From positions 1 to 64,000 of the forward strand of contig CAVTRY010000015.1 of assembly GCA_963737265.1 (NCBI GenBank): a DNA stretch of 64,000 nt, in the 5' to 3' direction. Both the position numbers and the translations under genes were made by a program. This stretch comes from an uncultured delta proteobacterium (GTDB taxonomy: Bacteria; Myxococcota_A; Polyangia; Fen-1088). Below, piece after piece: positions 50,091-61,604 of the stretch (positions within the stretch are counted from its first letter, which is position 1; every line of letters starts with the position of its first letter). The notes below the pieces were generated by a model. It did not search any database. It was not told where the DNA came from and saw only the letters and a program-made list of their open reading frames with translations.

Positions 50091-51317
50091 GTGTCCTCGC
50101 GACGGAATGTCGTCATCACGGGCTGCGGCGTGGTGAGCGCGGCCGGCAACGACCTCGAGGGCTTCTGGAACGCCCTCATGGCCGGGGCCACTCTCATCGC
50201 TCCGCTCAAGAACTACTCGGCGCCCGAGCTGGATATTCTCTGGGGCGGTGAGGCGACTCTCGACGGTGAGGACGCGATACCAACCGGTGAGGCGACCATG
50301 GCTCGCCGTGAGCGCTGCGATCTGCTGGCCCTGGCTGCGTGCCGCCGTGCCCTGGACCACGCGGGGCTTTGGGGGAACGCGGAGAAGCTGGCGGATACGG
50401 GCGTGGTCATGGGTACGACCGTCGGCGAGGAGCGCCAGGTGGGCGAACTCAGCGAGCGCTGGCCCGCCGAGGGTACGGATGCTCTGGACGCTGGATTTTT
50501 CGACCGGGTGGACAACCACCGACTGGCGGCGTCGCTTGCCACTCGCTTCGGCATGGGTGGTCCCGTGCTTCTCAATGCAACGGCGTGTAGCTCGGGCAAC
50601 GCGGCCGTGGCTTGGGCCTTCGATCTGGTGGCGGGCGGCCAATGCGACGTGGTGGTCGCGGGCGGAGCCGATACTTTCACGCGGCTGCTCTACAACGGCT
50701 TTTCGCGCATGAGTGCCCTATCCAAGGGCGCGTGCAAACCGTTCGATAAGCATCGCGATGGGGTGTCCTTCGGCGAAGGGGCGGGTGTCGTGGTGGTAGA
50801 GTCGCTCGATCATGCGCGCACTCGCGGCGCCCGGGTGCTGGCCGAAATTGGAGGTTATGGCATCAGCAATGACGCCCATCACGTCACCGCGCCCGAACCC
50901 AATGGGGCGGGCTATGTTCGCGCCATTCGGCAAGCGCTTGCGACCAGCGCCACCAATCCGGCGCGCGTGGGTTACATCAGTGCTCACGGCACAGGTACGC
51001 CGTACAATGACCAGGGCGAAGTGCGGGCCATCAAGGCCGTGTTTGGCGACCGAGCGAACGCCATTCCCATCAGTTCGATCAAATCGATTATCGGGCACAC
51101 CAACGGAGCCGCCGGAGCCATCGCCACCATCGCGTGCGTCCTTGCGCTTGCTCATCAGAGGGTTCCACCCACCGCCGGCCTGGTCGAGCCAGACCCCGAG
51201 TTCGGCCTCGACTTCGTGGTTGGGGCGGGACGTCCGGTGACGCTTGATACATGCCTTAACCTTTCGGCCGGCTTTGGCGGCATGAATGCCTGCCTCTTGC
51301 TGGCGAGGGCGCCATGA
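50091..51317 (+). CDS. Beta-ketoacyl-ACP synthase, active KS
   Basis: TACSSG catalytic Cys, SAHGTGT and IGHTNGAAG His-His, GFGG. Confidence 0.92.
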   Translation: MSSRRNVVITGCGVVSAAGNDLEGFWNALMAGATLIAPLKNYSAPELDILWGGEATLDGEDAIPTGEATMARRERCDLLALAACRRALDHAGLWGNAEKLADTGVVMGTTVGEERQVGELSERWPAEGTDALDAGFFDRVDNHRLAASLATRFGMGGPVLLNATACSSGNAAVAWAFDLVAGGQCDVVVAGGADTFTRLLYNGFSRMSALSKGACKPFDKHRDGVSFGEGAGVVVVESLDHARTRGARVLAEIGGYGISNDAHHVTAPEPNGAGYVRAIRQALATSATNPARVGYISAHGTGTPYNDQGEVRAIKAVFGDRANAIPISSIKSIIGHTNGAAGAIATIACVLALAHQRVPPTAGLVEPDPEFGLDFVVGAGRPVTLDTCLNLSAGFGGMNACLLLARAP

Positions 51318-52501
51318 CCCGGCCGTCGCCAGTTGCCATCACCGGCGCGGCCGTCATCACACCGCTCGGCGACAGTCCGGCGGCTTTGGCCCGAGCGCTG
51401 CTGGAGGGACAATCCAAAATCGCGCCCATGACCAATTTTCCAGGTGTGTGGGCTTCTCGTCTGGAGGACTTCGACGCCACTCGCTACGCCAACGTACGCG
51501 GCATGCGGGTCTACAACCGGGCCTCGCGCATGGGCATTGCGGCCACCCGCCTCGCTCTCGTGGACGCGGGGCTAGAAAATGCGGGTCTTTCCGGCGACGA
51601 ACTGGGCATCGTGACCGCTTCGTCCTTCGGTCATCTCGATACCTTGATTGAATATGACCGGAGTCTCGTCGGGCAAGGGCCTTCGCGCACCAATCCTGCG
51701 CTCATGCCGCTGGCCATTCCCAGCGCGCCTGGCGCAGTCATTGCTCTGTCATTCGCGGCCAAGGCGTTTTCCATTACGCTGGCAGCTGGGGGCGCAAGTT
51801 CGCTCGATGCCCTGGGACTTGGCGCGCGTCTCATCCGCGATGGGCGCGCACGTGTTTGTGTGGTGGTATCGGCGTTTTCGCTTACCGACGAATTCTTGTT
51901 GTCGGCGGCGCGCGCGTCGGTGCTCGCTCCTCTAGATGGATTTCGGCCTCTCGACATCGCCAGCCGAGGTACCGCGTTCGGCGAAGCGGCGGCGGCCGTG
52001 GTTCTCGAATCCGTGCAGACCGCGCAGTCCCGCGGCCGGCGAGCGCGTGGTCTTGTGCGCGGCCAATCTTCCCGCTTTGCTCCCACTAGAAACCTGCTAC
52101 CGGCGGCTCTCGTTCGCGCCGCGACCGGCGCCTTGGCGAACGCGGGAATCACACCCGAGGAACTAGCTCTGGTTAGTACCGGCGCCAACGGCGTGCCCGA
52201 GGATGACCGGGCCTTGGCGGCAGGCCTCGGCGACGTCGTCGGTAAGTCCGCCACGCCGGTCGCCGCGTTCAAATCGATGCTCGGCGAGACCGTCGAGTGC
52301 GCGGGGCTCCTGCACACGATTGTTGCGCTGGAATTCTTGAGCGCAGGCCGTGCCGCGGGCATCGCGCGTTTGGCCACGCCCATCCTTCCAGGGCTTGCCT
52401 ACCTGACTCAGTCGTCCGTGTTGAGCGGCCCCCACGCGCTCGTCACCGCCAGCTCGCGCACCGGCGCCGTGTCGGCCTTGGTGGTATCCGCGCATGACTA
52501 A
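51314..52501 (+). CDS. Catalytically inactive KS homolog / chain length factor
   Basis: KS fold (VAITG..., [11 protein letters not shown]) but Cys replaced (LAAGGASS) and both His absent ([15 protein letters not shown]); ATGA-coupled to the KS. Confidence 0.82.
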   Translation: MTRPSPVAITGAAVITPLGDSPAALARALLEGQSKIAPMTNFPGVWASRLEDFDATRYANVRGMRVYNRASRMGIAATRLALVDAGLENAGLSGDELGIVTASSFGHLDTLIEYDRSLVGQGPSRTNPALMPLAIPSAPGAVIALSFAAKAFSITLAAGGASSLDALGLGARLIRDGRARVCVVVSAFSLTDEFLLSAARASVLAPLDGFRPLDIASRGTAFGEAAAAVVLESVQTAQSRGRRARGLVRGQSSRFAPTRNLLPAALVRAATGALANAGITPEELALVSTGANGVPEDDRALAAGLGDVVGKSATPVAAFKSMLGETVECAGLLHTIVALEFLSAGRAAGIARLATPILPGLAYLTQSSVLSGPHALVTASSRTGAVSALVVSAHD

Positions 52502-53242
52502 TGCCGATTCCAACGAAAGACGCGTTGCCATTGTGACCGGCGGATCGCGCGGCATCGGACGTGCCATCGTTGAGCATCTGGCGCGGTCTGGCGTCGATGT
52601 CACCTTTACCTATGTCAGCAACGAAGCCGCGGCCAACGCGGTATCCGAAATGTCGGGTTCGCTCGTGCGCGCCGTGCGCGTGGATGCCCGCGACGCCAGC
52701 GCGTGCGCACATCCTTCGTCGAACGGGTCATTGCCGAGCACGGTTGTGTCGACTTACTCGTCAACAACGCCGCGGTGATTCGCGATCGTTTATTGGCCAT
52801 GATGACCCTTCCCGACTGGTCGGTCGTTCTCGAAACCAGTCTCAATGGGCTTTTCGGCACGACCCAACCCGTGGCCAAGCAAATGATGCGCCAGCGTCGG
52901 GGCCGCATCGTCAACCTGACCTCGGTTTCGGGTGTGACAGGGATTGTCGGACAGACGAACTATTGCGCGGCCAAGGCCGCGATTATCGGGTTCACACGAT
53001 CTTTAGCTAAGGAGCTGGCGCCAGTCGGTGTCGTGGTGAATGCAGTGGCGCCGGGCTTCGTGGACACCGATATGCTGGCCGGCTTCTCCGAAGAACAGCG
53101 CGCGAACGCTATGGCTCGCGTGCCCATGCGGCGCTTTGCCACAGCGGACGAGATCGCCGAACTGGTGGGCTACCTTGGCCTTCAAGCCCCGAGCTATCTG
53201 ACCGGCCAAACCCTGATCATCGACGGAGGGCTAACAGCGTAG
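52494..53242 (+). CDS. 3-oxoacyl-ACP reductase (FabG-like KR); frameshift near 52710
   Basis: VTGGSRGIG, then [18 protein letters not shown] and [12 protein letters not shown]. Confidence 0.88.
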
Positions 53243-53248
53243 CTTCAT

Positions 53249-53896
53249 GTGGAAGAAACAAATGCCAACAGCAAGGACGTCGAAAGGATCGCCGTGATAC
53301 CAGAGTTCGTGCGAAAGGGTCTCAGGGGTGCGTTGTCCCTCGTGGCGCGCGAGCACGCCGCACCAGCGTCCAACATCCCGCCTGAGAAGTTGTCCTTGCG
53401 AGACCTTCTTGCCGAGGATTTCGCAACCCACGACGGTCTATTGATGGAACCTGGATTCTGGGCCGTGGCGGTGCATCGCCTGGGCGAACGCGCGACCGGC
53501 GCAGGGCTCGCGTGTGGCCCTCTGGTCATGGCGCACCGGCTCCTGGCCACGGCCGTGGATTGGACCTGGGGTATTTACCTGCCCACAAGCGTCCGTCTCG
53601 GGCGCCGCGTGCGCATCTGGCATCACGGTTCCATTGTCATCAACGCACGCTCCGTCGGCAACGACGTGCATCTCCGCCAGAACACCACCATCGGCCCGGT
53701 GTATTTGCGCGACGCCAATCGCCCGGAGTGCCTGCCCGTGCTTGGCGACGGTGTCGATATTGGCGCCGGAGCCTGCGTACTCGGCGGCGTCTCGGTAGGC
53801 ATCGGGGCGATCGTCGGGGCTAACAGTGTTGTCGTGGACGATGTCCCTGGCGGCGCCACCGCGTTTGGCGTTCCCGCGCGAATTTTGCTCGCATGA
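53249..53896 (+). CDS. Left-handed beta-helix (serine acetyltransferase-like) acyltransferase 1
   Basis: LLAEDF...PGFWAVAVHR, IWHHG, hexapeptide repeats, GVPAR. Confidence 0.82.
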   Translation: MEETNANSKDVERIAVIPEFVRKGLRGALSLVAREHAAPASNIPPEKLSLRDLLAEDFATHDGLLMEPGFWAVAVHRLGERATGAGLACGPLVMAHRLLATAVDWTWGIYLPTSVRLGRRVRIWHHGSIVINARSVGNDVHLRQNTTIGPVYLRDANRPECLPVLGDGVDIGAGACVLGGVSVGIGAIVGANSVVVDDVPGGATAFGVPARILLA

Positions 53897-54507
53897 CTCG
53901 ACCGCTCCATTACAACCGTCCTGTCGTCCATTTCGCCAGCAATGGCGAAACCGATGGCAATCCGAAGAGTATCGGCATCCTGGCGCTCTTGGCCGAGGAT
54001 TTTCGTACCCACGGCAGCGATCCGTTTTCGCCGGGGTTTTGGGCGCTGGCCGTCCATCGTTTTGGCAACTGGCGCATGGGAGTGCGGCGAAAGCTGCTGC
54101 GGGCGCCCTTGTCCGCGATGTACCGGACCGCCGACAACGGGATCGTCGCATTGTGGGGCATTTCTTTGCCGTACAAAATCCGTGTTGGCCGGCGCCTGCG
54201 CCTAGGGCACCACGGCTGCATCATCATGGGTGCGAGGGAAATCGGCGACGACGTGACGGTTCAGAACAATGTGACCATTGGGCTGTTCAGACGAAACGCG
54301 CAGGAGCTTCCGACCATCGGAAATCGCGTAGAGCTGGGCGCGGGCGCGTGCATCGTGGGCGGGGTTTCCGTCGGCGACGATTGCCATGTGGGTCCCAAGA
54401 CGGTACTGGCACGTTCACTCAAGCCCGGCACGGCTGTGCTGGGGATTCCGACTCGTCAGGTGGACCTGGAAGGACTACGGAAGAAGCGAGGATCGATGGA
54501 AGGCTAG
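53893..54507 (+). CDS. Left-handed beta-helix acyltransferase 2 (paralog)
   Basis: LLAEDF...PGFWALAVHR, LGHHG, hexapeptide repeats, GIPTR; ATGA-coupled. Confidence 0.82.
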   Translation: MTRPLHYNRPVVHFASNGETDGNPKSIGILALLAEDFRTHGSDPFSPGFWALAVHRFGNWRMGVRRKLLRAPLSAMYRTADNGIVALWGISLPYKIRVGRRLRLGHHGCIIMGAREIGDDVTVQNNVTIGLFRRNAQELPTIGNRVELGAGACIVGGVSVGDDCHVGPKTVLARSLKPGTAVLGIPTRQVDLEGLRKKRGSMEG

Positions 54508-54680
54508 GCTGGACGGCGCCAACCAGGTGGACGAGAACACTGCGAAGCGCGTGGGCAGGCGGAGGGGTGGGTCCCGAAGTCCCTGAAGGGGGCGAGGGCA
54601 CCCTGGTCACCGATGAGACCGTTTCGATGAGGCGCATGCGAGTGCAAGTGGCGTGCTAAGGTGGGGCGAGCTTACGTCCC

Positions 54681-55442
54681 ATGATCCCGATCGGCGACGA
54701 CAACCCGACCCTGCGTTTCCCTTTGGTGACGGTAGCGATTCTCGTGACCCTGGGTCTCGTGTGGCTGTTCGTGCAAGGGGCCGGCCTCGATCCCATGCGC
54801 CTGTCCGAAACCGTGTGCAACTTCGGGCTGGTGCCGGGAGAAATCACCCAGCGCGCGGCGGTGGGAACCGCGGTGCCGCTCGGCATGGGCCTCTACTGCG
54901 TCGTGGATCGCGATCCCATCAACATCCTGACGCCGCTTCTGTCCATGTTTCTGCACGGAGGCTGGGCGCATTTGCTCGGCAACGGTCTATTTCTTTGGGT
55001 CTTCGGCAACAACGTCGAGGACAGCATGGGCCGTGGTCGCTTTCTCATCTTCTACCTTCTGTGCGGCCTGGCCGCGGCCGGCGCGCAGATTGCCATCGAC
55101 CCGGCCTCGCCCGCGCCTATGGTGGGCGCTTCGGGCGCCATCTCGGGCGTGCTGGGCGCGTACATCATTCTCTATCCCCGGGTGCGCGTGCACGTGTTCG
55201 TCGGATTCTTTCTGTTGTCGCTGCCGGCCTACTTCGTGTTGTTGATGTGGATTGGGCTCCAACTCGTCTCCGGCCTGCCGCAGGTGACGTCGCTAAGCCA
55301 CGCGGCCTCGAGTGGCGTCGCCGTGTGGGCGCACATCGGCGGCTTCTTCGCCGGCGTGATTCTGGTCAAGTTCTTCGAGAACCCCGAGCTGGTCAGCGCG
55401 CGGAGCTCCATCCGGCGGCACAACCACCCGACCCATTGGTGA
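54681..55442 (+). CDS. Rhomboid intramembrane serine protease
   Basis: MFLHGGWAHLLGN, MVGASGAISG, WAHIGGF. Confidence 0.93.
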   Translation: MIPIGDDNPTLRFPLVTVAILVTLGLVWLFVQGAGLDPMRLSETVCNFGLVPGEITQRAAVGTAVPLGMGLYCVVDRDPINILTPLLSMFLHGGWAHLLGNGLFLWVFGNNVEDSMGRGRFLIFYLLCGLAAAGAQIAIDPASPAPMVGASGAISGVLGAYIILYPRVRVHVFVGFFLLSLPAYFVLLMWIGLQLVSGLPQVTSLSHAASSGVAVWAHIGGFFAGVILVKFFENPELVSARSSIRRHNHPTHW

Positions 55443-57292
55443 CCCTGCCCTTGCGTCTCGCTGTGGGTATCGTTTGCCTAGCCGCCACGCTCGCCTCCGC
55501 GAAGAGCGCGCGGGCGCGCGACGACGAGCACGTTTGCCGCGAGTCCGCCGACACGCGCATCTGGTGGTCACCGCTGGCGCCCGAGGCGGGGGCGAGGCTT
55601 CGCATCTTGGTGGTAAGCGAGGATGTACGGGATGGCGAAATCCAGGTGACCTTGCCGGGACAGATGCCGCGGCGGATCGCGACCTCGAAGCGCGGCGGAC
55701 CGCCTTTCAGCTTCGCAGCCGACTTACTTCCGTCCAAGCCCGGCAACCTGCGCGTCGATCTGGTTCGCAACAACGAATCCGTCGCGTGCCGTCGCATTTC
55801 CATCGCGGTCCATGGCCACGCGACCGCGCCAGCGCGCGGGGAAAGCCCAGGGGCTTGGCACGCCACCCAGGAATGGAGCCGCGCCACCGAGAATTTCTTT
55901 TCGGCGTGGATCGAGCGCATGTTCGATGCGCCGGCCGACGAGTCGCTGGGCTTTCCCTCGCTGGCGCCGGTGTTGCACGATCCCGCGCGCAACTTTCTGT
56001 GGGGCTACCTCGGCTTGCGCGAGGACGATCCCAAGAATCGCGACATTCCGCGCGCGGTGCCCGACTGCGCGGACTTGCCCTATTACCTGCGGGCCTATTT
56101 CGCCTGGAAGATCGGGCTGCCGTTCGCGCTACGCGACTGCGACCGAGGCAAGACCGACCGGCCGCCGAAATGCGGGTCAATCCTGCACAACGAACAGGCC
56201 GAGGATTCCATTCGCGGCCACGGCGCGCTCGAACGATTTCGCGCCTTCTTGCGCGTGCTCGCCAATCGCGTGCACTCGGGCAGCGCGCGTACCGCCCTCG
56301 ACGACGACGAGACGGATTTCTACCCGGTGGCGCTCACACGCACGGCCCTGCGGCCGGGGACCATTTACGCCGATCCCTTCGGTCACGTGCTCATGGTTGC
56401 CGCCTGGATCGACCAATCGCCCATGAGCGGTGGCTTGCTTTTCGCCGTGGACGGCCAGCCCGACAATTCCGTGGGCCGCAAGCGCTTCTGGGAAGGCACC
56501 TTCATGTTCGCCAGCGACACCGCCAGCGCCGGCCCGGGCTTCAAGGCCTTTCGGCCGATTGTTCGCACGCCCAAGGGTGACGCCGCGTTCGCGCCGCTGC
56601 CCAATCAAGCCTTGCGCGCCGACCGCCGCTTTGCTCCCTTTTCCGACGAGCAGGCACACCTCGATCGCGACACCTTTTACGCGCGCATGGCCAAGCTGAT
56701 CAATCCGGCGGGCCTGGACGCGCGTGCGGCCTACGCCGAGACCATGAATGCCCTGGTGGAACAGCTCACCACGCGCGTCGGCTCGGTCGCCAACGGCGAG
56801 CGCTTCATGCGCGAGAAGAACAACCCGGTGGTGCCCATGCCGGTGGGACCGAAAATCTTCGAAACGGTCGGACCGTGGGAAGATTATGCGACGCCTTCGC
56901 GCGACATGCGCCTGCTCATCGCCCTGCGCGTTCTGACCGGCTTGCCGGCGCGCATTTCAGAGCACCCCGACCTGTTTATGCTGGGCGGACGCGCGCCAGC
57001 GGCGGTGCGGGCGGAAATCGAAGGGCTGCACGAGCGGCAGATTCGCGAACGCGGCGTCGACTACCAACGCAGCGACGGCTCGACCTTTCGCCTCACCGTG
57101 GCCGACATCCTCGCCCGCCGGGCCACGCTGGAGATGGCGTACAACCCGAACGACTGCGTCGAGATTCGCTGGGGGGCGAGCGAGGGAAGCGGCGACTTCG
57201 CCACCTGCAAGCGCCATGCGCCCGAAGAGCAGCGAGCCCAAATGCAGGAATTCCGCGCCTGGTTTCACGAGGCCCGCCGGCCGCCACGCTGA
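55439..57292 (+). CDS. Exported protein with papain-like/NlpC-type Cys-His motifs
   Basis: GTG overlapping the rhomboid stop; signal peptide; PDCADLPYYLRAYF and DPFGHVLMV. Confidence 0.6.
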   Translation: MTLPLRLAVGIVCLAATLASAKSARARDDEHVCRESADTRIWWSPLAPEAGARLRILVVSEDVRDGEIQVTLPGQMPRRIATSKRGGPPFSFAADLLPSKPGNLRVDLVRNNESVACRRISIAVHGHATAPARGESPGAWHATQEWSRATENFFSAWIERMFDAPADESLGFPSLAPVLHDPARNFLWGYLGLREDDPKNRDIPRAVPDCADLPYYLRAYFAWKIGLPFALRDCDRGKTDRPPKCGSILHNEQAEDSIRGHGALERFRAFLRVLANRVHSGSARTALDDDETDFYPVALTRTALRPGTIYADPFGHVLMVAAWIDQSPMSGGLLFAVDGQPDNSVGRKRFWEGTFMFASDTASAGPGFKAFRPIVRTPKGDAAFAPLPNQALRADRRFAPFSDEQAHLDRDTFYARMAKLINPAGLDARAAYAETMNALVEQLTTRVGSVANGERFMREKNNPVVPMPVGPKIFETVGPWEDYATPSRDMRLLIALRVLTGLPARISEHPDLFMLGGRAPAAVRAEIEGLHERQIRERGVDYQRSDGSTFRLTVADILARRATLEMAYNPNDCVEIRWGASEGSGDFATCKRHAPEEQRAQMQEFRAWFHEARRPPR

Positions 57293-57387
57293 CTGTGGTT
57301 AGATTCCTACCTGGTGTGAGGAACCGCCTCGTGCGTGATGAAATGTTTTTCTAGTGCTGTCGATGTATGTCCTATGATCGAGGGACC

Positions 57388-57978
57388 ATGGTGAGCACAC
57401 GCGACGATGAGGCGGGATTCACCCTGACCGAGCTCATGGTGGTCGTTGTGATTCTTTCCCTGCTAGCCGCGCTCTCGACGCCGCTGTTCACGAAGGACAA
57501 CAACGCGCGCCGGGGCCGCGACTGGGCCAAGGCGGTGGCGCAAACCCTCCAGCGCGCACGCTTTCAGTCCCTGGGAGACAGGGCGAACATTCACGTCATG
57601 CTCTACCGCACGCGCATCGACATGTACCGCGAGGAACCGGCGCCTGCGGCGACGGGAACCTTCACCCTGCTCAGCACGACCAATGGCCCCACCGCCGCCG
57701 CGACAGCCACCGTGGCAATCTGGGATGCGAAGACAGACGGCACGAGCCCCACGGGCCAGAACGCCGCGCTGACCGGTGCACCTGTCCCGCCCACGACAAC
57801 TCCCGCGGCGAATGAAATCATCTTCACCCCGCTCGGCGGGACGCTCACCAACTCCAATTGGCAGGTGTTCGTTCGCAACGAAATTCTTCCATCGGCCCAT
57901 CCCGATGCATCGTTCAGCGTCACCGTCGGCGGCTTGACGGGCTTCATTTCGTCGCGAAACAAGGTGACCTTGCCTTGA
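57388..57978 (+). CDS. Minor pilin, FimT/FimU-like
   Basis: Prepilin motif G/FTLTELMVVVVIL. Confidence 0.85.
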   Translation: MVSTRDDEAGFTLTELMVVVVILSLLAALSTPLFTKDNNARRGRDWAKAVAQTLQRARFQSLGDRANIHVMLYRTRIDMYREEPAPAATGTFTLLSTTNGPTAAATATVAIWDAKTDGTSPTGQNAALTGAPVPPTTTPAANEIIFTPLGGTLTNSNWQVFVRNEILPSAHPDASFSVTVGGLTGFISSRNKVTLP

Positions 57979-58439
57979 GGAGTGAAGGCGGCTTTACGCT
58001 GCTCGAGGTCCTGATGGCGATGCTCATCGGTTCCATCGGACTGATGGGCACGATCGCGGTTCAGCAATCGATCACCAACGCCGCGAAGAACGCCAACGAC
58101 GCTGCGGTCGCGCTTCGCTTGGCCACGCAAAAGGCGGACGAGCTTGGCAGCCGCTCCACCGATACCCAAACCACCGACAGCGCGCGTGGGTTGGCGCCGC
58201 TTGCCGGGGGGGCTTGGTCGGCGGCCGAATTCGTCGACGCCCAGGGCGCAACGCTGGCAAGTGTAACGTCGTCCGGCACCAGCGCGACCGCCTTCAGCTA
58301 TCGATGGATCCGCCAGTGGAAGGTCACCAACGACGGCACCGGCATGCCCTATGTCATCTCGGTCATCGTGACGTTCACCAACGACGCTGGCGATCCCAAG
58401 ACCACGCGCCTCGACATCGAGCGAAGGAAATCATGGTAG
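57975..58439 (+). CDS. pilV: Minor pilin, PilV-like
   Basis: TTG start, G/FTLLEVLMAMLIGSIGL. Confidence 0.75.
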   Translation: MRSEGGFTLLEVLMAMLIGSIGLMGTIAVQQSITNAAKNANDAAVALRLATQKADELGSRSTDTQTTDSARGLAPLAGGAWSAAEFVDAQGATLASVTSSGTSATAFSYRWIRQWKVTNDGTGMPYVISVIVTFTNDAGDPKTTRLDIERRKSW

Positions 58440-59785
58440 GGCGCGCACCACGCCCACGGTCCAGCAGCGCTGGAATGACTTTGGTCGAGATCATGATCAC
58501 CCTGGTCATTTCCTCGATTATCGCCGCGTCGACCTTCCTGTTCTTCGCCGGTCAACAGCGCATCTACGAAACCCAAACCAAGATTCTGAATATCCAGCAG
58601 AACGCGTGGGCCTCCATCGAGGTTTTGTCCCGCTACGTGCGCGCCGCGGGAAGTGGCATGTACGAGTGCGTGCGCCCGGCGGATTACGCGAACCCGACGA
58701 CCGGCGAACGTCTGTCTAGCTCGATTCCGGACGACGGACCGGTGACGAGCGGTGGCGCCGTCATCACGAGCCTTGCGGCTCGGCCGCAGACCGGGATTCG
58801 CGCCTACGACCAGGTCGGAGGCGTCCAGCGCATTCCGCCGTTGTGGATCGTCAACAACTCGACCAGCGACACCATCGCTGGCATGGCGGTGGTCCAGGGC
58901 ACCGATATCCTCACCGTGGCACTCGGAAATAGGACCTCGGGCACCGACACCGACGCAACCCTCGCGGCGGCCGTCGGCCAGACCGATCCGGGTACGATTT
59001 TCAATCTCGTCGGCGCCGGCACCGGCAGCATGTTTCGCGCGAGCGAGTTTGTCCTCTTGCTGGCCACGCCGCTGTGGAGCTACGGCATCGATCCATCGGC
59101 CGACCGGGGTTGTAGCCTGTTTCAGATCACGAGCGACCCCACCGGGGGCACGACCTTGCTGCACGCGTCGGGTTCGCCCCCCGGTGGCAGCCCATGGAAT
59201 CCCGTGGGCAACGTCACGGCGATGCTGCCCGTGGGCGGCTACGTTGCAGCCCAGGCGGGGGTGCGCAATTTCGGTACGCTCACCTGGGTGCGGTTCTTCA
59301 TCCGTTACGATCCCGGGACCCTCCCGGGCAGCGCGGGTTCGCCCCCGATTCCGCAGCTCATGATGCAACGGCTGGACCTCAGCCCTTCAAACACACCCCA
59401 AGTCCTCGCGGATGGAATCGAAGACCTGCAAATTGCCTTCGCCTGCGATGTCGGCACCGCCCTCGGGCCAGATCTGACCCAATTGGATGGTACCTTCAGC
59501 GAAGGCAGCGACGACATCTCTCGTCGCCGCGACGAATGGTGGAACAATGTCCCGGGCGACAACCCGCCCGCGCTCGGGGCCGCCGGCTTTTGCAACCTAC
59601 CCACGGCTGTTCGCTTGACCCTGGTCGCCCGATCGCTGACCCCGGATGACCTGATCGACCCGACCGCGACCAACAACGGGCCGTCCGACATCGAAGACCA
59701 TCGCTATTCACCTCGCCCGGTCGATCAGTTCCGCCGCCGGGTCCTCTCCACCACGGTCTACCCGCGCAACAACAAGCCCTGGTAG
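58433..59785 (+). CDS. pilW: Minor pilin, PilW-like
   Basis: G/MTLVEIMITL, QQNAWASIEVL, LADGIEDLQIAF, AVRLTLVAR and TTVYPRN. Confidence 0.8.
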   Translation: MVGRAPRPRSSSAGMTLVEIMITLVISSIIAASTFLFFAGQQRIYETQTKILNIQQNAWASIEVLSRYVRAAGSGMYECVRPADYANPTTGERLSSSIPDDGPVTSGGAVITSLAARPQTGIRAYDQVGGVQRIPPLWIVNNSTSDTIAGMAVVQGTDILTVALGNRTSGTDTDATLAAAVGQTDPGTIFNLVGAGTGSMFRASEFVLLLATPLWSYGIDPSADRGCSLFQITSDPTGGTTLLHASGSPPGGSPWNPVGNVTAMLPVGGYVAAQAGVRNFGTLTWVRFFIRYDPGTLPGSAGSPPIPQLMMQRLDLSPSNTPQVLADGIEDLQIAFACDVGTALGPDLTQLDGTFSEGSDDISRRRDEWWNNVPGDNPPALGAAGFCNLPTAVRLTLVARSLTPDDLIDPTATNNGPSDIEDHRYSPRPVDQFRRRVLSTTVYPRNNKPW

Positions 59786-59812
59786 TTGTCTTCTCTCGCC
59801 CCCTGACGCAAC

Positions 59813-59859
59813 AAACCCACCGCCATCGGGCCTTGCGGCCGAACGGCGGTGGGCTTCTT
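59813..59859. terminator. Probable bidirectional terminator between pilW and groEL
   Basis: AAACCCACCGCC...GGCGGTGGGCTTCTT hairpin between convergent genes. Confidence 0.7.
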
Positions 59860-59895
59860 GCGCCGGATCGACGGTCGTCCTTCGATCCGTCTTCT

Positions 59896-61576
<1,681 letters not shown>

Positions 61577-61604
61577 TTACGTTCTCGTTCTAGATTTCCA
61601 GGTT

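Noticed and set aside
49856-53242. ACP-KS-KS-FabG as housekeeping fatty acid synthesis
   Set aside because: The second KS is catalytically dead, the ACP lacks the canonical DLGADSLD, there is no plsX/fabD/fabH context, and the genes are coupled to an amino-acid loading module
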